The notes under the pieces: model-generated
What the model was told of the DNA's origin: nothing
Database searches by the model: none
Seen by the model: only the letters and a program-made list of their open reading frames with translations
Position numbers and translations under genes: made by a program
IMG/VR virus record: IMGVR_UViG_3300008113_000033
Coordinates: 1-64,000 of that record
DNA from: a virus
Length of the DNA stretch: 64,000 nt
Strand: one strand, 5' to 3'
In this document: one piece after another, positions 58,604-64,000 of the stretch
Layout of the letters: every line of letters begins with the position of its first letter
Position numbering within the stretch: the first letter of the stretch is position 1

Positions 58604-59299
58604 ATGGCTTCAAATCACCACACGGATCCAATGTTTACTGAAAAACGTAAACCGAAAAGTCCAATTAAGTTCCAACTTCAATTAAATGAAGAACAAAAAG
58701 AAACAAAAGCAAAAATTCTAGAAAATGATATAACAATCATTACAGGGCAGGCAGGAAGCGGTAAGACATTAGTAGCAGTCCAAACAGCATTGGATCAGCT
58801 ATTTAACAAGGAAGTTGAAAAAATTATTATAGCAAGACCAGTAGTAACAGCTAAAGAAGAAATTGGCTTTTTACCTGGAGGAATTAAAGAGAAATTAGAT
58901 CCATTTGTTGCTCCAATATACGATAATGCATATCGTTTATACGATAAAGTAAAGGTGGATAAGTATTTTGAAGAGGGGGATATTGAAATCGTTCCATTCG
59001 CATTTATGCGTGGACGTAACTTTTCAAACGCATTTATTATTGTAGACGAGGCACAAAACGTTACTGATTCACAAATGGAAATGGTAATATCTCGTTTATG
59101 TAAAGGAAGTAAAATGGTGATTGTAGGCGATACTACTCAGATAGATTTAAAATCTAAAAAAGATTCTGGTATGTATTTTCTATCAAAGCAAGTAGCAGGA
59201 TCTGTAAAAGGAGTTGCTGCTATTACTTTAAAAACAAATCATAGACACCCAATTGTGGAGTCAGTTTTGAATATGTATAAAGAATTAAGAGACTTATAG
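58604..59299 (+). CDS. phoH: PhoH-like ATPase (start revised from 58580)
   Basis: GQAGSGKT, IIIARP, IGFLPG, FMRGRNF, DEAQN, GDTTQID, HRHP. Confidence 0.92.
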   Translation: MASNHHTDPMFTEKRKPKSPIKFQLQLNEEQKETKAKILENDITIITGQAGSGKTLVAVQTALDQLFNKEVEKIIIARPVVTAKEEIGFLPGGIKEKLDPFVAPIYDNAYRLYDKVKVDKYFEEGDIEIVPFAFMRGRNFSNAFIIVDEAQNVTDSQMEMVISRLCKGSKMVIVGDTTQIDLKSKKDSGMYFLSKQVAGSVKGVAAITLKTNHRHPIVESVLNMYKELRDL

Positions 59300-59347
59300 T
59301 ATATTGTACTAAGTCAATATTTATAACAAACACTACCTATTTGATTA

Positions 59348-60502
59348 ATGGCTAACATAGCAATATATACTGGTTCAACTTTTTTTACTACTGGATCTAC
59401 TCCGTTTGGTTTTTATGATGCTGATTCAACATTCAGAACCGATGCTGATAAAGTAGTAAAGTGGTGTGCACAACGTTTAGGATATCCAATTGAAAATATT
59501 GAATTACAAGATATTCAATTCTATGCTGCATTCGAAGAAGCAGTTACAATATACGGAAACGAAGTATATCAATGGAAAATTAGAGAAAATTACATTTCGA
59601 TGGAAGGATCCTCAACTGGATCTGCTCTAAATAATCAAGTAATTACTCCTAATCTAGCATCAACAATACGCATTGCTTCAACTTATGGTTCTGAAGCTGG
59701 CTCCGGTGGTACTACAACTTACTATACAGCATCAATCCCAATTACAGCAGGTAATCAAAATTACAATTTAAATACTTGGGCAAGTGCTTCTGCATCACTA
59801 CAACCAGGCGATTCGATTGAAGTTAAAACAGTATTTCAACAAACACCACCAGCAATTGTTCGTTATTTTGATCCATATGCTGGTACAGGTACAGGTATAC
59901 AATCATTACTTGAATCATTTAATTTCGGATCATATTCTCCAGGTATTAATTTTATGTTAATGCCATTGAATTTTGACATGTTAAAGCTACAAGCAATCGA
60001 ATTGAATGACCAAGTTAGAAAATCAGCATATTCATTTGATTTAATAAATAATCAATTACGATTATTCCCCATACCAAAAGAAGATACTAATTTATTATTC
60101 CATTATATTAAAAAATCAGAACGTAATCAATCATTTATAAGTGGATCAGCTACCAATTTGGTTACAAACGTGTCTAACGTACCTTACAATAACCCAGTAT
60201 ATTCTCAGATTAACTCAGTAGGTAAAATGTGGATATTCCAATATACATTAGCATTAGTAAAAGAAATGTTAGCATATGTACGTGGCAAATATACTACTGT
60301 ACCTATTCCAGGTGCTGAAGTTACACTAAATCAAGCTGATTTATTAATTGATGCTCGTTCTGAAAAGGCAGCATTATTAGAGCAATTACGTGGAACCTTA
60401 GAAGATTCTTCTAGAACAAAACAATTAGAAAAAAGATCAATGGATGAAGATTATGTTCAAAAAACATTAAATAATATTCCAATGCCACTTTACATATTTT
60501 AA
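59348..60502 (+). CDS. Neck/head-tail adaptor protein (gp13-like)
   Basis: RLGYPIENIEL..FEEAV; WIFQYTLALVKEMLAYVRGKY..PGAEVTLN. Confidence 0.75.
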   Translation: MANIAIYTGSTFFTTGSTPFGFYDADSTFRTDADKVVKWCAQRLGYPIENIELQDIQFYAAFEEAVTIYGNEVYQWKIRENYISMEGSSTGSALNNQVITPNLASTIRIASTYGSEAGSGGTTTYYTASIPITAGNQNYNLNTWASASASLQPGDSIEVKTVFQQTPPAIVRYFDPYAGTGTGIQSLLESFNFGSYSPGINFMLMPLNFDMLKLQAIELNDQVRKSAYSFDLINNQLRLFPIPKEDTNLLFHYIKKSERNQSFISGSATNLVTNVSNVPYNNPVYSQINSVGKMWIFQYTLALVKEMLAYVRGKYTTVPIPGAEVTLNQADLLIDARSEKAALLEQLRGTLEDSSRTKQLEKRSMDEDYVQKTLNNIPMPLYIF

Positions 60503-60503
60503 T

Positions 60504-60833
60504 ATGAAATTAGTAGATATCCTTTTAGAATCATTTGAAACCTATTTTATGCAAGCCATAATAAAGGTAGAAAAATCTAAAGCAAATCAAACTGAAATAT
60601 ATAATCAAGTTAGAGCAATAAAAGATATTGTTGTAATTAAAGTTATTTCAAATGAAAAATTAGAATCACTATCAGATGCTAATTATGATTATGCTTTACT
60701 TGAAATTAAATTCATTAACGAAGGAACTCCTGAAGAAACAATTAAAATGATTAAAGATGCTGCTTTAGGTATTAATGGACTAGTTAAGTTCTTTCCACGT
60801 GCTAAATCATTAGTCAAAATTAGAAACTACTAA
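60504..60833 (+). CDS. Hypothetical late protein
   Basis: MKLVDILLES leader. Confidence 0.7.
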   Translation: MKLVDILLESFETYFMQAIIKVEKSKANQTEIYNQVRAIKDIVVIKVISNEKLESLSDANYDYALLEIKFINEGTPEETIKMIKDAALGINGLVKFFPRAKSLVKIRNY

Positions 60834-60834
60834 T

Positions 60835-61326
60835 ATGGCGTTGTTTGGAGGCTCTAGAGACATATCATTATTTCGTCACATCAATAAAGAATTGATCAAT
60901 AATATCATCCAGCAATCTGTTGGATATTATAAAGTAGTATTAGATAAAACTGAAGCTAATTTATATGGAGAATCACTTATTAAAACATACAATGATCCTG
61001 TTTTAGTAAATTGCTTAATTGAACGAACACCACAAACATGGACTGAAACTGAATTTGGTACTGATGTTACTCAAGATATTACTGTACGATTTTTACGCGA
61101 TATCCTTGTGGATATTAACTTAGTTCCTGAAGTTGGCGATATTATGTTATGGCAAGAAGATTATTATGAGATATCGGGTACTATTGAAAATCAATTAGTA
61201 GTAGGTAAAGATCCATCTTATTCATATTCATCCGATACTAATGATTTTGGTTCTAGTATATCTATTATTGTAAATGCTCAAATGGTTCGTCCTGAAAAGT
61301 TGGGTTTAGTTAAAGAACGATTATAA
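60835..61326 (+). CDS. Neck/head-closure protein (gp14-like)
   Basis: NLYGES..KTY; PEVGDIMLW..YYEI. Confidence 0.65.
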   Translation: MALFGGSRDISLFRHINKELINNIIQQSVGYYKVVLDKTEANLYGESLIKTYNDPVLVNCLIERTPQTWTETEFGTDVTQDITVRFLRDILVDINLVPEVGDIMLWQEDYYEISGTIENQLVVGKDPSYSYSSDTNDFGSSISIIVNAQMVRPEKLGLVKERL

Positions 61327-62567
61327 TGGCTAGAGATTTAAAACCACTTCCTAAAAACCAATCACAAGTCGTTCAAGAAGCGTTTGTTCCTTATGATAAT
61401 ACTATAAGTAAAACACCAAGTGATACAGTATTCTCTAAAAACAGAGCAAAAGAAATATCATTTAAAGATAAAAAACAAAAAGATTTTTCTGTTTCATTAA
61501 AAGATCACGATGAAGTAATTAAATATTATTTTGAAAATACAATTAAACCAACAGTAATACAGAATGGAGAACGCCTACCAGTTCCTATTATGTATGGCTC
61601 CCCAGAACGTTGGAAAACAGTCCAATCAGACGGTGGTTTACGTGATAAAAGTGGTAAATTAATGGTACCTCTTATCATGTTTAAGCGCGATACTTTAGAA
61701 AAAAATCGTTCATTAGGTAATAAATTAGATGGAAATAAAGTACATAACTACCAACTCTTTGAGCAAAAATTCAACTCAAAAAACCAATACGATAAATTTT
61801 CATTAATAACTAACAGACAACCTTCAAAAGAGGTATATATGTCTGTTATACCTGATTATGTTACTTTAACATATTCGTGTATTATATTTACTGATTATAT
61901 AGAACAAATTAATCCAATTATTGAAGCGATTAATTTCGCTTCTGATTCATATTGGGGTGATTTTTCTCGCTTTAAATTTAGAGCTAGAGTTGATCAATTT
62001 TCTACTGTAACTGAAGTAACAACAGCAGATGGTAGAGCAGTTAAATCAACATTTAATATTGTTCTAAATGGATACATTATACCTAATGTAATTAACAAAC
62101 AAATTGCTAATGCGGACATGTATTATAGTACTTCACAATTGATATTTAATTTTGAAACTACTACAGCTGATTTGGATACAGTAACATCAACTGCAACTAC
62201 AGTTGCTCCTGGAGGTTCAACTACTATATTTGAAGGTGGAAGTAATATTTCATTAACAATTTTAGGTGTTGAGTTAGGAGATGCTGAATATTTAGCTATA
62301 TCTAAATCTAAAACTGCAAATATAGTAACTCAAAATACAGCAACATTCCCATTATCTACATTTGCCCAACCTCCTGCAGGTTCAACTTTACCAGCAACAA
62401 CAAAAACTAATTTTGTATTTTATGCTAATGGTATTAATATACCTAATGATTATGTAACTTCATTTATTGATAATACAAATAACACATGCACTTTAACTAT
62501 AAATGTTAATGGATTAGGATATTATTTAACTGATAAAGAAATAACAGCAATAGGTAAATTCCAATAA
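61326..62567 (+). CDS. Tail completion/sheath stabiliser (gp15-like) with C-terminal extension
   Basis: VPIMYGSPERW, PDYVTLTYS..EQINPIIE. Confidence 0.65.
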   Translation: MARDLKPLPKNQSQVVQEAFVPYDNTISKTPSDTVFSKNRAKEISFKDKKQKDFSVSLKDHDEVIKYYFENTIKPTVIQNGERLPVPIMYGSPERWKTVQSDGGLRDKSGKLMVPLIMFKRDTLEKNRSLGNKLDGNKVHNYQLFEQKFNSKNQYDKFSLITNRQPSKEVYMSVIPDYVTLTYSCIIFTDYIEQINPIIEAINFASDSYWGDFSRFKFRARVDQFSTVTEVTTADGRAVKSTFNIVLNGYIIPNVINKQIANADMYYSTSQLIFNFETTTADLDTVTSTATTVAPGGSTTIFEGGSNISLTILGVELGDAEYLAISKSKTANIVTQNTATFPLSTFAQPPAGSTLPATTKTNFVFYANGINIPNDYVTSFIDNTNNTCTLTINVNGLGYYLTDKEITAIGKFQ

Positions 62568-62568
62568 T

Positions 62569-62802
62569 ATGCCTCAAATTACATTAGACCAATTATTTTC
62601 TCCTTTAAAGTTAGATCCAAACGATCCATTACGACTTATTATATCTGGTAGCTTATATGTATCTGGTTCATCTACATTTAGACAATTAGAAGCTTCTAAA
62701 CCAGCTTTGATAGTATCTGGTTCTGAAGAAATTGTTGATTCTAAAAATGTAGCTACGAGTTCACTATTTGTAAGTGGTGGATTAGACGGAGGTGGATTTT
62801 AA
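62569..62802 (+). CDS. Small tail-fibre-related protein
   Basis: ISGSLYVSGSS repeats; C-terminal LDGGGF. Confidence 0.6.
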   Translation: MPQITLDQLFSPLKLDPNDPLRLIISGSLYVSGSSTFRQLEASKPALIVSGSEEIVDSKNVATSSLFVSGGLDGGGF

Positions 62803-62881
62803 TCAATATTCTTTATTTTGCTAATATTTATATACAGCCCTATATAGGTGTCTATTAGTATATACTGTTAATAATTAGCAA

Positions 62882-64000
62882 ATGTCTCAAAATATTAGGC
62901 TCAAAAGAAGTGCCGTACCTGGTCGTATTCCTAGTGTAGATCAATTAGAACTAGGAGAAATTGCATTAAACACATACGACGGTAAGCTATTTTTAAAGCA
63001 AAATGTTGATGGTACTGAACAAATAGTTAATGTTGGATATTCAGCATCATATGCTGTATCAGCATCATATGCTTTTTCATCGTCATATGCTTTATCAAGT
63101 TCATTTGCTAATTCCTCTTCATATGCATTATCTGGGTCATATGCTTTAACAGCATCTCATGCTAATTCCTCAATCTCTTCATCATTTGCATTAACTGCAT
63201 CTTATGTTCAGAATGCTATATCATCATCATTTGCTACTACAGCATCTTATGTTTTAAATTCAGGTACTTCAACTAGTTCATCGTATGCTGCTACTAGTTC
63301 ATATGCTAATGATTTTACAGTTGGAGGAACATTAACAGCTCAAAAAATTGTTGTTCAAACTATTACATCATCAACAGATTATGTAACAGGATCAACAATA
63401 TTTGGTTCTCAATTATCAAATACACATCAATTTACTGGTTCAGTTTCAGTAACAGGTTCATTATCAGTAGGAGGGAATTTAATTGCTACTTCATTTAGTG
63501 GATCTGGAGCTAATTTAACTGGAATTGATACTATTGAAAAGGTATTTTATGTTGCCGAAGACGGATCCGATTCAAATGATGGTAAATCATTATCATTTCC
63601 ATTCAGAACAATAAAAGCAGCTACAATTGCCGCATCTGCTTCAAGATCCGCTAATCCAGGACTTCCAGTATATAGACAAAGTATTCAAGTTAAAAGTGGA
63701 TATTATTCAGAAATAGCACCTATTACAGTTCCACCAAACGTATCAATATTAGGAGATGATTTAAGATCAGTAGTAGTAGCTCCAACAACAGCAACTTCAG
63801 GTTCGAATTTATTCTTAATGAATAATGGTACCTATTGTTGGGGATTAAGATTAGAAGGATGTAAGATCGATAATTTAGAAGATCCAAGAAATGGTTTCTT
63901 CTTTGCATTTGCTCCAAGTGCATCAATTGTAACTTCACCTTACGTTCAGAACTGTTCTGCTATTGCAACACCATCAGATAAATTTTATACACCATTAGAT
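62882..64000 (+). CDS. Tail fibre/depolymerase, truncated by window end (not in ORF track)
   Basis: MSQNIRLKRSAVPGRIPS..LELGEIALNTYDGKLF anchor; S-x-S-Y-A hexad repeats; YVAEDGSDSNDG..PFRTIKAA..VKSGYYSE..VPPNVSILGDDLR (pectin-lyase-fold start); 373 codons open to 64000. Confidence 0.85.
   Translation, partial: MSQNIRLKRSAVPGRIPSVDQLELGEIALNTYDGKLFLKQNVDGTEQIVNVGYSASYAVSASYAFSSSYALSSSFANSSSYALSGSYALTASHANSSISSSFALTASYVQNAISSSFATTASYVLNSGTSTSSSYAATSSYANDFTVGGTLTAQKIVVQTITSSTDYVTGSTIFGSQLSNTHQFTGSVSVTGSLSVGGNLIATSFSGSGANLTGIDTIEKVFYVAEDGSDSNDGKSLSFPFRTIKAATIAASASRSANPGLPVYRQSIQVKSGYYSEIAPITVPPNVSILGDDLRSVVVAPTTATSGSNLFLMNNGTYCWGLRLEGCKIDNLEDPRNGFFFAFAPSASIVTSPYVQNCSAIATPSDKFYTPLD

Larger units (their letters stand above)
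9918..62832 (+). promoter_or_regulatory. Putative late promoter motif ATATTTAT(A) at late-gene junctions
   Basis: Copies at 9918, 12380, 15207, 23658, 33946, 36465, 39195, 45977, 46849, 47879, 50485, 52365, 55620, 58573, 59317 and 62824, each upstream of an ATG. Confidence 0.7.

Noticed and set aside
1001-63938. All minus-strand ORFs and alternate-frame plus-strand ORFs in the track (e.g. 8203-8457, 27335-27706, 29788-30084, 32091-32315, 55846-56331, 63723-63938)
   Set aside because: With the exception of 9055-9273 (treated separately), they overlap longer, motif-bearing + strand genes, lack promoter or leader signals, and are explained as shadows of biased or low-complexity codon usage
1-64000. 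Stop-codon reassignment (as in some Bacteroidota phages)
   Set aside because: Conserved genes are intact under the standard code, and TAG and TGA both end genes at tight junctions with the next ORF
1-64000. Prophage or mobile-element boundary within a bacterial chromosome
   Set aside because: No integrase, transposase, att-like junction or host housekeeping gene block is present; the whole window is phage-like

Overview
This window is a 64-kb, strongly AT-rich segment of a large T4-like myovirus genome. Every credible gene is on the + strand and uses the standard genetic code. The host is probably a Bacteroidota (Flavobacteriia/Cytophagia-like) bacterium. That is inferred from TAnnTTTA promoter cores resembling the Bacteroidota -7 element, A-rich leaders without Shine-Dalgarno sequences, and SprB-like adhesin modules. 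Layout: (i) 1-9 kb is an early/accessory array of small ORFs, most behind their own copy of a 17-bp promoter motif. It also holds a non-coding block with five palindromic repeats, a tRNA-like element with an aberrant anticodon arm, a four-AT-hook protein and a GC-rich multi-hairpin island. (ii) 9.4-12.8 kb has a T5orf172 protein, an HD hydrolase and a gp55-like late sigma factor. (iii) 12.8-34.3 kb has baseplate/tail genes, including an ~8-kb block of modular proteins built on Thr-Pro linkers that appears to have split a tail gene. (iv) 34.3-48.9 kb has a GIY-YIG nuclease, primase, exonuclease, nucleotide-modifying enzymes, many putative head-packaged proteins sharing a leader motif, an FAD oxidoreductase, holin-like genes and a lipase. 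(v) 48.9-64 kb has terminase, portal, prohead protease, scaffold, major capsid, PhoH, neck/tail-completion genes and the start of a tail fibre/depolymerase. All family assignments come from motif recognition by eye, not database searches.
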